Shown here: one piece after another, positions 43,946 to 54,500 of the stretch
Layout: the number at the start of each line of letters is the position of its first letter
Position numbering within the stretch: the stretch's first letter is position 1
IMG/VR virus record: IMGVR_UViG_3300021400_000048
Location: 1-56,790 of that record
Direction: 5' to 3' (one strand)
DNA length: 56,790 bases
Source of the DNA: a virus
Taxonomy: Duplodnaviria > Heunggongvirae > Uroviricota > Caudoviricetes
Translations under genes and position numbers: made by a program
The notes under the pieces: generated by a model
The model's input: only the letters and a program-made list of their open reading frames with translations
Told to the model about the DNA's origin: nothing
Databases searched by the model: none

Positions 43946-44380
43946 CTATTTTTCTACAATAGTTTTATCTGTTAATTTTGTACTATTAAAATTTTTTGGT
44001 GTTGAAGTTGAAGTAATATCCTTATTATAAGTTACTTTTGGTTGTATTTTTGGACAAAATGTACAAGGTGAATCCCCAACTTGAATGCCTAATGGATTAT
44101 ATTTTGGATTACTTGGACATCTTTCACAATCATAGGCATCTCAATTAAAAGTATTTGGTCAATTAAGTTTAATATCTTTTAGATCTTTAACACCTTCAGG
44201 CCAGTATGGCATATCCGGTTTTGAAAAATGTTTACAAGTAATTTCAGCAGCAAAAATACTATCTTCAAAATCTTTTTTATCAAACATTTCATTAATCTTT
44301 TTAGCTAATGTTTGATATTCATCTCTAAATTTACAAACATCGCTGTGTTTGCAACTATCACATTTAATTACTTTGTTCAT
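43946..44380 (-). CDS. Cys-rich hypothetical protein, 2 in-frame TGA=Trp
   Basis: ORF 44159-44380 continues N*PNTFN*DAYDCERC...CTFC to TAG. Confidence 0.75.
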
Positions 44381-45314
44381 TATCTGTCTCCTTAATTGTT
44401 GATGTATAAATAATTGGTTCTTGAATATTATTATTTATAAGTTTAAATGTATTATCTTCTTGTTCTTCTAATATAATAACATTAACTTTTCCAGAAACTG
44501 CTGTACAAGCATCTATGGCAATTAAATTTTTTCCAATATATGGTGTATAATTTGGAGTTTCTTTTCAACCTTCACCAGTATCTACAAGATATTTTTTAGT
44601 TTCATAATGTAAATGAAAATCACTCGCATGTCAATGACCACAAACTAAAATTTTATTATTTTTAATTTCTTCATCAAACAGTCCAGCATCAAATAACTTT
44701 CATGGACAGCCTCAAGTAGCTTCTTCAAAAGCTTGTTTACTGGCATTTCGCCAATCTGGCATATAACTTAAGTCTGCATAAATTGGTCTATACAAATCAA
44801 TATTTACACCGAGATTTACTGGAATAAAAGCATGTGTAAAAATATAATTTCCTAATTCATAATAATCTACTCATTCATCACTAAAAATTCAGTTAAGACA
44901 CTCTTTTGTAATTTTACTTGTATAACATTTTTTCAAACAATCTTTAATATGACCTCAGCCGTTAGGCTCAGCATATAAAAAGTATTTTAAATCAAAATTA
45001 GTATATCGAAAATTATTTAATTGTAATAAGGATATAAGTGTTCCATTAGAAATATCATGATCATAAAAATCTTTTCTTTTTACTAAAGCTCTCAATAGAT
45101 ACTCATGATTGCCTCTAATTAAAATTCTTCTTTCTTTTGGAAGTGATTTTAAAAATTCATACATTTTTAAAGTATCATCTCCACGGTCAAATATATCGCC
45201 ACAAATAATTAAAATATGTTCAGGATTATTAATATCTCAACCATTTTTATCTAGTGCATCTTTATATATAGAAAAGAAGCTATGAATATCACTTGCTATA
45301 AAATAACGTTTCAT
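44364..45314 (-). CDS. Metallophosphoesterase (Ser/Thr phosphatase-like), 8 in-frame TGA=Trp
   Basis: SDIHS, CGDIFDRG, GNHE, CGH*H (GHWH), IDAC all in one frame. Confidence 0.9.
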
Positions 45315-45316
45315 TG

Positions 45317-45685
45317 TTATTTTTTATCGCTTTCCTGCTCAGCTGCTAAATTTTCACTAGCAACTTCTTTTATTTTTTTATTGCGCTTATTCTTTTTTGC
45401 ATATCTTTCAATAGCTTTTCTTAATGCTGGTGTCATTAACGACCATGCTTTTGCAGTAATTTTACCTTCAAGATAAGCTTCGCCAGCAGCTTCGATACTA
45501 ACATTACTTGTATTAAAGTTTAATCTTTGTTTTTTAAGCTTTGGCTCACGCTTTATTGGAATTTCATCGATAGGCTTTACTTCAGCTAAATTTTCAGCTC
45601 TAGCTTCAGCCAATTTATCTGCTACTTCATCTACTATTGCAGTAACAGTTTCTTCTTGTGCTTTATACTTTTCTCTATCGTCCAT
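45317..45685 (-). CDS. Hypothetical protein
   Basis: 122 aa, coupled. Confidence 0.7.
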   Translation of the reverse strand: MDDREKYKAQEETVTAIVDEVADKLAEARAENLAEVKPIDEIPIKREPKLKKQRLNFNTSNVSIEAAGEAYLEGKITAKAWSLMTPALRKAIERYAKKNKRNKKIKEVASENLAAEQESDKK

Positions 45686-45933
45686 TATTGTACCTCATTA
45701 ACTTCCGCAACTTCGCTAAAAGTTGAATAATCTAAGCCGTTTTCTACACTTGTAGCTGTTGCTTTAAAGCTTTCAAGTAATCTAACTAATAATTCTGTTT
45801 CAATACCATCAACTTTTAATTTTGCATTTCCTTTAGTTTTATTTGCATCATCTAAATCTAATAAAAGATTTGCTGCATTTTTTAATAATTCAACATCTTC
45901 AACTTTAAAATTAACGGTTAAAATTCTTTCCAT
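45685..45933 (-). CDS. Hypothetical protein
   Basis: 82 aa, SD AAGGAG, promoter. Confidence 0.7.
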   Translation of the reverse strand: MERILTVNFKVEDVELLKNAANLLLDLDDANKTKGNAKLKVDGIETELLVRLLESFKATATSVENGLDYSTFSEVAEVNEVQ

Positions 45934-46143
45934 AAAAATCTCCTTAAAATTTAATTCTAAATATTATACAATAATAAATACTAAAATTTAAGCTATATAT
46001 TAAATACTTAAATAAATACTATTATAACTTTATAATAATTTATATAATATACTATTATATTATACAATATTTTTACTTAAAATTTTTTTATTAAAAATTG
46101 CCTTAATTTTATTGTATAATAATATGATAGTTGGAGGTTTTTA

Positions 46144-48063
46144 ATGAAACAAGATAAAACTTTATATACTGAAGATAGTATTAAAACTTTAAGTCCGCGT
46201 GAATTTACTAGACTTCGTCCAGCTACATATTTAGGTTCTAATGAATATTCTACACAACTTGTTAAAGAAATGTTTGCAAATGCATTAGACGAACACATAA
46301 TAAAACATGGAAATAGAATAGAAGTTGCTGCGTATTTAGGTAAAAATGGGAATATCTATCATGTTCAAGATTATGGTCAAGGCTTTCCAATTAATGTAGA
46401 AAAAGATGGCGAAACTATTTTACAAGCTGCATTTGATCGCTTTAATACTTCTGGTAAATATGATGGCGAGAATGGCGTTTATGGTGGAGCTTCACTAGGC
46501 TTAAATGGTATTGGCTCAAAACTTACAAATTTCTTATCTAAGCAATTAATTGTTCGTTCATCTGATGGTAAAAATTTTGAAGAACTAACATTTGAAGATG
46601 GTGTTTTTAAATCTCGCCGAACTGGCAAAAATGATGATAATGAAGGATCAGGAACATTGGTTTCTTGGCAACCAGATCCTCAATTCTTTCAAAATCCAGA
46701 AGCTAATATTAATGAGCTTAAAAAACTTTTTGAAGATATTGCTGCGCTTTGTCCTACATTAACAATCAGCTTTATTGTAGATGATGATGAATTTATCTAT
46801 CATTCTAAAAAAGGTTTAGCTGATCTATTTGATAAAAAAGTAGCAAAAAAAGAAATTTTAAATAATAGATTTATTACAAAGAAAACAACAGAAAATGAAT
46901 TATTTGATATTGCTTTGACTTATACATCAGACTATTCTGAGACAATTATTCCATATGTTAATTATGGTTTAACTGAAGCTGGTGCTCATATTGCAGCTGT
47001 TAAATATGGTTTAACTCGTCAAATTAATAGATATGCTTCTGCAAATAGCTTATTAAAGAAAAATGATGATCCACTTACTCAAGTTGAATTATCTGAAGGC
47101 TTAGTTTTAGCTTTTAATGTTAAAGCAAAAAATGTAAAATATGATTCACAAACAAAAGTTAGAATTGTTGATTTAGATAAAACTTTAATTAATGATGTTA
47201 TTAATAATGAATTTGTTGACTGGCTAAATAATAATCCAAAAGATGTTAAAACTATTGTTAATAAAGCTTTAACTGCAAGAAAAGCCCGTGAGGCTGCTCA
47301 AAAAGCTAAAGATAATATTAGAAATACAGGTACTAAAAATAAAAAATTTATTTCACTACCTACAAAATTAGTTGATGCTTATACTAAAAATAGAAATGAA
47401 GCAACGCTATTCATCGTAGAAGGCGATAGTGCCATGAATGGCTTAATTGCAAAACGTGATGGAAAAACACAAGCAATATTTCCAATTCGTGGTAAAATTT
47501 TAAACTGTCAAAAAGCAACTATTGATAAAATTTATGGTAATCAAGAAATTTCTAATATTGTAAAAGCACTTGGTTTAGATATTGAGAAGTCAACAGGCAA
47601 GCTTATTTATGATGAAAAGAAATTACGTTATGGTAATATTTTTATTGCAACAGATGCAGATGAAGATGGCTTTCAAATTAGACTTTTATTAATTAATATG
47701 TTTTGGTGCTTATGTCCAGAATTAGTTCAAGAAGGCAAATTATGGGCAGTTGTTCCACCACTATTTAGAATAACTACTAAGAAAAACGAATATATTTATT
47801 TAAAAGATAAAACTGAGCTAAATAATTATAATAAAAAACATAAAGCTGAATCATATATTGTTGGGCGCCTAAAAGGTTTAGGTGAAATGAGTCCTGAAGA
47901 AAGCAAATATTGTTTATTAGATCCAGAAACAAGAAATGTTCAACAAATTTTAGTAGAAGATACAGAACAAACATCTAAATTACTTGAAATTTTTATGGGG
48001 CCTTCAGCTGATGATAGACGAGACTACTTGTTAGAGCATATTAATTCTTTGGAGGAAAACTAA
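46144..48063 (+). CDS. Type IIA topoisomerase subunit B (GyrB/ParE-like)
   Basis: TSGKY, GLNGIG, VEGDSA, PIRGKILN, DADEDG, KGLGEM. Confidence 0.95.
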   Translation: MKQDKTLYTEDSIKTLSPREFTRLRPATYLGSNEYSTQLVKEMFANALDEHIIKHGNRIEVAAYLGKNGNIYHVQDYGQGFPINVEKDGETILQAAFDRFNTSGKYDGENGVYGGASLGLNGIGSKLTNFLSKQLIVRSSDGKNFEELTFEDGVFKSRRTGKNDDNEGSGTLVSWQPDPQFFQNPEANINELKKLFEDIAALCPTLTISFIVDDDEFIYHSKKGLADLFDKKVAKKEILNNRFITKKTTENELFDIALTYTSDYSETIIPYVNYGLTEAGAHIAAVKYGLTRQINRYASANSLLKKNDDPLTQVELSEGLVLAFNVKAKNVKYDSQTKVRIVDLDKTLINDVINNEFVDWLNNNPKDVKTIVNKALTARKAREAAQKAKDNIRNTGTKNKKFISLPTKLVDAYTKNRNEATLFIVEGDSAMNGLIAKRDGKTQAIFPIRGKILNCQKATIDKIYGNQEISNIVKALGLDIEKSTGKLIYDEKKLRYGNIFIATDADEDGFQIRLLLINMFWCLCPELVQEGKLWAVVPPLFRITTKKNEYIYLKDKTELNNYNKKHKAESYIVGRLKGLGEMSPEESKYCLLDPETRNVQQILVEDTEQTSKLLEIFMGPSADDRRDYLLEHINSLEEN

Positions 48064-48064
48064 T

Positions 48065-50062
48065 ATGATAAATATTTTAGATGAGTTAAAACAAGATTTT
48101 CTTGTATATGCACAAGAAGTTAATAATAATCGTGCTTTTCCTGACTGTCGTGATGGCTTAAAGATTTCTCAACGAGCTGTTTTATGGGAAATGTATAACA
48201 AAAGTTATACAAGTAATAAACCACATGTTAAGTCTGCAAAAGTTGACGGCGGAGTTATTGCTAATTGGCATCCACATGGCTCTGAATATACAACTATTGT
48301 CCGTATGTCACAACCTTGGGTAAATAATCTTCCAGAAATTGATTTTCATGGTGCAAATGGTTCATTAATTGGTGGTCCAGATGCTGCTGCTTCACGTTAT
48401 ACAGAATGTAGACTTGCAAAAGTTTCAGAAGATGGTTTATTTAATGCAATAAATAAAAAAGTTGTTGATATGATTCCAAATTATTCTGAAGATTTAACTT
48501 GGCCATCAGTATTTCCAGCTATTTTTCCAAGATTATTTGTTAATGGTAGTCAAGGAATTGGTTATACTATTGCACAAGAATGGGAACCTGGTAATTTAAA
48601 TGAATTTATCATAAAAGTAAAACAATATATTTCTAAAAAGAAAATAACTTTTAATGATATCTATCCAGACTACCCTACTGGCGGTATAATTATAAACAAA
48701 AAAGATTTATCTGAAATCTACAAAACAGGTCATGGTAAAGTTATTTTAAGAGGAAAGACTGAAATTTTAGGTAAATATATTAATATTTATGAGCTTCCTT
48801 ATCAAGTTTATGCTGAACCATTTATTCAAAAAATTAAAGATTTAGTTAATGCTGGAACTTTAACAGGAATTGAAGATATTTGCAATAAATCGGATGACAA
48901 CGGTTTATTTATTGAAATTGAATGTTCAGCTGATCCCAAATTAGTTTTAAGTAAATTATATAAATTAACTGATTTACAAGTAACTTTTAATGCAAATCAA
49001 ATGGCACTTGTTAATGGAATTCCACAAATGCTAAATCTTCAAGATTATATTAAAGTTTATGTTGAACATAACATTAATTGTTTAGTTCGTGAATATATTT
49101 TTGATAAAGAAAAAGCTGAAAATAGACTTGAAATTGTTGATGGTTTACTTAAAGCTTTATCTATGATTGATGAAGTAATTAAAGTTATTAAATCTTCTAA
49201 ATCTGCAGAGCTTGCAAAAGAAAAATTAATAACTAAATTTAAATTTACAGAAGCTCAAGCTAAAGCAATTATTGATATGAAACTTGGAAAATTAGCTAAT
49301 CTTGAACAACAAGAATTAGTAAATGAACAAAAAGAATTAAAAACTATTATTGATAATTGTAATTTAATTTTAAATTCAACTGAACTACAAAATAAAGAAT
49401 TCTTAAAAAGATTAAATGAATTTACTAAAAAATTTGGTTGGGAACGTAGAACAGAAGTTATTGATGTTGATTTAGAAGAAGAAAAACAAACATTAAAGCA
49501 AGAAAAACAAGAAGAAAAATTTATTATTATTCTTGATAATGAAGGTAAAATTAGAAAAATTTCTTCACAAATATTTAATGTTAATAAATTAAATAAAACT
49601 GATATAAAGTTTATTGAAATAAATAAAAAAGATAGATTTGTTTTAATTTCTAATAAAGGCACAATGTATAAATGTGAAGAAAAAGCTTTAAATGCAAATG
49701 TTAAACAAAATTTATCAGGAACTTTATTTAATTGTTTAGAAAAAAATGAAAAAATTATAAATATTTTTACAGGACTTGAAGATAAAGATTATTTATTCTT
49801 CATTACAAAATGTGGCCTTGCAAAAAAGATTGAAGCAAGCATTGTATTTGGTTTAACAAAACTTGCAGGCGCTCCTGTAATGAAAGTAAATGATAATGAT
49901 GAAATTATTTATTGCGAAAATGTTAATGATGATGCAAGTATTAAAGCTATTTATAATAAGAAAAATAAACTTATTGAAGTTAAAAACTTTATCACAAAAG
50001 GACGCACTGCTGGTGGTGTGGTTGCAATTAAAACAAAACCTAATACTTATATAGAAATTTAA
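48065..50062 (+). CDS. Type IIA topoisomerase subunit A (GyrA/ParC-like)
   Basis: RAFPDCRDGLK, KSAK, WHPHG, AASRYTE. Confidence 0.95.
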   Translation: MINILDELKQDFLVYAQEVNNNRAFPDCRDGLKISQRAVLWEMYNKSYTSNKPHVKSAKVDGGVIANWHPHGSEYTTIVRMSQPWVNNLPEIDFHGANGSLIGGPDAAASRYTECRLAKVSEDGLFNAINKKVVDMIPNYSEDLTWPSVFPAIFPRLFVNGSQGIGYTIAQEWEPGNLNEFIIKVKQYISKKKITFNDIYPDYPTGGIIINKKDLSEIYKTGHGKVILRGKTEILGKYINIYELPYQVYAEPFIQKIKDLVNAGTLTGIEDICNKSDDNGLFIEIECSADPKLVLSKLYKLTDLQVTFNANQMALVNGIPQMLNLQDYIKVYVEHNINCLVREYIFDKEKAENRLEIVDGLLKALSMIDEVIKVIKSSKSAELAKEKLITKFKFTEAQAKAIIDMKLGKLANLEQQELVNEQKELKTIIDNCNLILNSTELQNKEFLKRLNEFTKKFGWERRTEVIDVDLEEEKQTLKQEKQEEKFIIILDNEGKIRKISSQIFNVNKLNKTDIKFIEINKKDRFVLISNKGTMYKCEEKALNANVKQNLSGTLFNCLEKNEKIINIFTGLEDKDYLFFITKCGLAKKIEASIVFGLTKLAGAPVMKVNDNDEIIYCENVNDDASIKAIYNKKNKLIEVKNFITKGRTAGGVVAIKTKPNTYIEI

Positions 50063-50092
50063 TAAAAATGCGATATTGAGCAAATTTTAAGC

Positions 50093-51454
50093 TTAAAATG
50101 GCAAAATAAAAAGAGACAGTAATTAATCTGTCTCTTTTTTATTATCTAAGTCTTTTAGTATTTCAAGAATAGCTTCTTTATCACTAAAGATTTCTGATCT
50201 TTCTTGATCAATTCATCAAACTTTTCTAGTACCACGTCCCATAACTACAATAATATCACCTTCATTAGAATCAACAATAGCTTTCCTAATTGCTTCTTTT
50301 CTATCTAATATTATTTCATAAGGTATAGTAATTCTACTTGCAAATTGCGCCGTTGCATATTCTGCAGTTAAATCACAAATATTATTCGTAGTGATATAAA
50401 CATAATCAGCATAATCATTGACATTTTTTGGAACAATATCAAAATTATAGTTTATATTATAATCAGGACGTCTTCTATGCATTTCTTCCATAAATAAGGT
50501 ATTTGTTAATAAATATCCAGCAACTACCTTAATTTGTCTTGGCTCTTCATCTCTTGAAATATCTATTTCATGAAGATTTAAATCTGAGCTATCTAATAAT
50601 ATTGTTCTATTATTTCACTCAATATCTTCCATTCTACCTGGTATTTGTAGCTCAGGATTACTAATAAATGCTTGGAAAGATTCTGCATTGAAAGCGCCAG
50701 CTTCATTTAAAATAGCTGCAGCACTTACAATATTAGACAAATGATAGCTTGTAGCCAAAGTTGTTTCAACATCAACTGTGCTATTTTGAATATGCAAAGT
50801 TTCAGATTGTTCCTCTAAACCTCAATCCCTATTTGTTGCATAATATTTAACATCATCAGCAGTATAGCCTAAATTAGCAATGCTTTCTCTATTTTGTAAA
50901 AAGAAATCTTGATAACTAATATTATCTAATTTATTTCTGCCGATAGAATCAAATAATATAATATTTGAAGCATTACAATCTTCCAAAAAGTTAGAAATAT
51001 GACTATTTTTATTTTTAGTAATATCTACAATATCAATTAAACATTTCGCATAGTCTTCATCTTTAAAGAATTTAAGCTTATTTTGATAAACATATTCTGC
51101 AGGATTATGTCCATTTCCACTATATCAAAAAGTCGTTAAACATTTTATATCAAATGGAATATTATCAAAGACATGATTTCTTATTGATTGTTCTCAACAC
51201 TCTATTATAATATATTCAGCTTCATATGCAACAGCTTCATTTAAAATATTTACAATTTGAAGTTCATTTGCAAATACAAACTCTACAGTTTCTTCTGGCT
51301 TATGATAGCCGCCTGGTGAATCTATTAAGGCTGAACTAAATAAAATAGATCTTTTACCAATACTTTTTAAATATTTATGGACTAGGTATGCGGTAGACGT
51401 TTTTCCACGTCTACCTGTAATACCTATAATTATTGCTTTATCTAAAGTATACAT
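50093..51454 (-). CDS. Mur-ligase-like (MurE-type) protein, 6 in-frame TGA=Trp
   Basis: IGITGRRGKTST P-loop, IPGRME, DRKEAI..A, GDIIVVMGRG, FSDKEAI in one frame; C-terminal end uncertain because it runs into the terminator. Confidence 0.75.
50107..50141. terminator. Bidirectional terminator
   Basis: AAAAAAGAGACAG-TAATTAAT-CTGTCTCTTTTT between convergent genes. Confidence 0.8.
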
Positions 51455-51456
51455 AT

Positions 51457-51579
51457 TTATTCACCTTTACTTTCATTTGATGAAGTCTCTTCAGCAATCT
51501 CTTCTTTAGACTTTACTGGGCTTAAATCATCTTTATATTGATCGAGTAAACTTTGTAATTTATCTTTTTTATCATTCAT
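51457..51579 (-). CDS. Small acidic hypothetical protein (40 aa)
   Basis: SD GGAG; fills the gap between the giant gene and the Mur-like gene. Confidence 0.5.
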   Translation of the reverse strand: MNDKKDKLQSLLDQYKDDLSPVKSKEEIAEETSSNESKGE

Positions 51580-51583
51580 AACA

Positions 51584-54500
51584 TTAATCTCCTTCACCTA
51601 CTACTGTTATTCTTTTAGGCACTGGATAATATTTTGACATAACATTACCACCAGCGTCTAACGCAATCATTGCATAATAGAATGATTCTCCTCATGCTAT
51701 TGATGGAATATAAATTTGACCAGTATCGTCTGCTGGCGCTGTAGTTAATCCATAGCTTGCTCAAGCACTTGGATCATTACCATGATTAGTTGCATCAGCA
51801 CAAATTAATACTTCATCTGCATCTCATTTATAATCATCAAATTCTCATTCAATATAAGGACCACTGCCATAGTAATTTATTCTAATAGGTGATGTTGCTG
51901 ATGTAGCACTTGCATATAAGTATACATTAGATGCAGATGTTCCAGTTCCACTTGTACTATTTGGCAAAGTAAATGTTGCAGTTGAAGATGCACTAGTTAA
52001 TGTACCACTTGCCCAAATTGTTCCAGCACCATTTCTAATACTTCAAGTTACTGGGTAGGTGTAACCACTACTTATATTTATTGTTAAAGTCTTAGCGACA
52101 CCTGCAGTTCCTGTTGTATTAGTAAAAGTTACACCAGTCAAAGATGAACCTCTAATATTATAAGTTTTAGCTACACAATTTGCAATAGCAGAGCCAGCAT
52201 AAGTAGCATTACCATTTGCAGTTTTAGTTGTAAAACTAAAGTTTGTGCTATTTAACGTCATACTTCCATAATATGTAGATGGTAAGCTATATCAAGCATT
52301 TGTTAATTCTATTCTTCAATATACTGTTGTTCCATAAGCAGCAGTTAATGTTGTTGTACCACCACTTGTTGTAATACTGCTTGTTGACCAATAAACTTGA
52401 CCTGCAGTAACAGTTTTACTTTGAATAGTATAGTTATAAGGTGTTGAGCTTTCACTTAAAGTTAATGCACCACCAGTTCCTACAGTAGTACTTGATCCAA
52501 TATCAGAACCTTTATATTTAGGTGTTATAGTTAAACTATAATAATCTCGACTACCTGAATAAGTTCTTGTTGTGCTTGCTACAGTTACAGAACCACTTGC
52601 TTTAGAAATAGCTGCACTATATTTTGCAGAAATTGTTGAAGTAGAGCTCCAAGATGAGTAGCTTCCATTTGAAAGTGTAACATTGTAACTTCTTTCAGTT
52701 GCACTAAATGTTGCATAGATGTTAATTGTTGTAGAACTTGTACTACCAGGATTCTTTGTTGTTCCTGATACTACTGTACTACCACTTGTTGAACCTAATT
52801 TTCAAGCACTAAATGAATAACTATATTGATCTGTACTTGATTTTGTAGGTGTACTACTGTTATAAGTTAATGTTGCATTATAAGCTACACTATTATCAGT
52901 TTCAAGTGCTGTAGAACCATCTGCTCCAATTCATTTGATTGTATATGTTCTAGCAGTTGTTGCTGTTACACCAGTAATTGTAGTAGCACCAGTAACTGTT
53001 CCTGAAGTAGCTGTGATAGTAGCATCCCCAGAAGTATAATCTACAGTTGTAGCACGTTTAGTATATGTACTTGAACCATAGCTACCACTTAAAGTAACTT
53101 TTAATCCACTTGTTGATCAAGTTGTTCCATAAGGAACATTTGCAATTGATGTAGTAGACCAAGAACCATTTGTAGCACTGAATGTTACAGTATAAGTTCT
53201 TACAGTTGCTGTAAATGTAGCATAAATATTAATTGTAGTTGTAGTTGTAGAACCAGGGTTTTTAGTAGTGCCTGAAACTACAGTACTTCCTGATGTGCTA
53301 CCTAATTTCCAAGCAGCGAAAGTATAGCTATATTGTGCTGTACTTGCTTTAGTTGGAGTAGATCCATTATATGTTAATACACTATTATATGTAACATTAC
53401 TATCTGTCTCTAATGCAGTACTTCCATCAGCACCTATCCATTTAATAATATAATATCTTGTAGACATTGCTGTAGAAGCAGTAATTGTTTTACTATTATA
53501 TACTGTACTTACATTAGTATAGCTTGCACCACCAGCTGTTTGTGAAACAGTTGTCGTAGCTAATGTATAAGTACGTGAAGTACTTCCTATAGTTACTGTG
53601 TTACCACTTCTTGTAATTGCAGTTCCTCATTTAATACCAGTAATATCTGTTGTTGAACTTCAAGAACCATTTGTAGCACTGAAAGATACTGTAAAGCTAT
53701 TTGCAGGACAATATTCTCAATGAATATCGAATGATACACCATTTGCTCCAGCAGTTGTAGTTTGTGCATCTCCTATCATCATTTGATGTACATAACTGTT
53801 ACTTACATAATAATAATATTCATAAGGATTACCATATTGTAAATAAGCTGTACTTGTTACAGATGAATTATAAGTAGCTGCTGAGCCTAAAATAATTGTT
53901 TCTTTTAGAGTAGGGCTTGAGCTTGAATCATCTCACATTACTAATGATACTGGTACTTTTGATGGATATACATATAAGCTACCACCAGCTGTAGAAGATG
54001 ATTTTACATCAGATGTATTTACTGTGTAGTTAGTATTAGCTGTAGCAGCATATGCTTTTACTGCAGTACCAACAGCACAAGTTACTGATACATCAGCTGT
54101 TTGTGCAGCAGAATAAGTTGTGCCACCATCAATTGAATATTTAAATGTAGCAACTCCACCTTTTTTACCAACAGTTATAGTATACTTAGTAGCAGCAGGA
54201 ACTGTTACTGATTGTGAACTATAATTAGCTGTAGCAGTAGGCTGACTATCTAATACATAGCCACTTGATGCTGTATAAGCTTGTACAGTTAAAGTAGCTG
54301 CATAATCAATATTGGTAACTGATGAAGCTGTTTGTCCAGTTACTCAAGTCGAGCCACCATCAACAGAATATCTATATGATGCAACACCAGTACCTTTTGT
54401 AACTGAAGCTGTCCAAGTAATTCTTGTTTTTGTGCAGCTTAGAGTAGTTGACAATCCAGAAGATTGTGCTCCACTGCCAAATGTACCTGTTCCTTGATAA

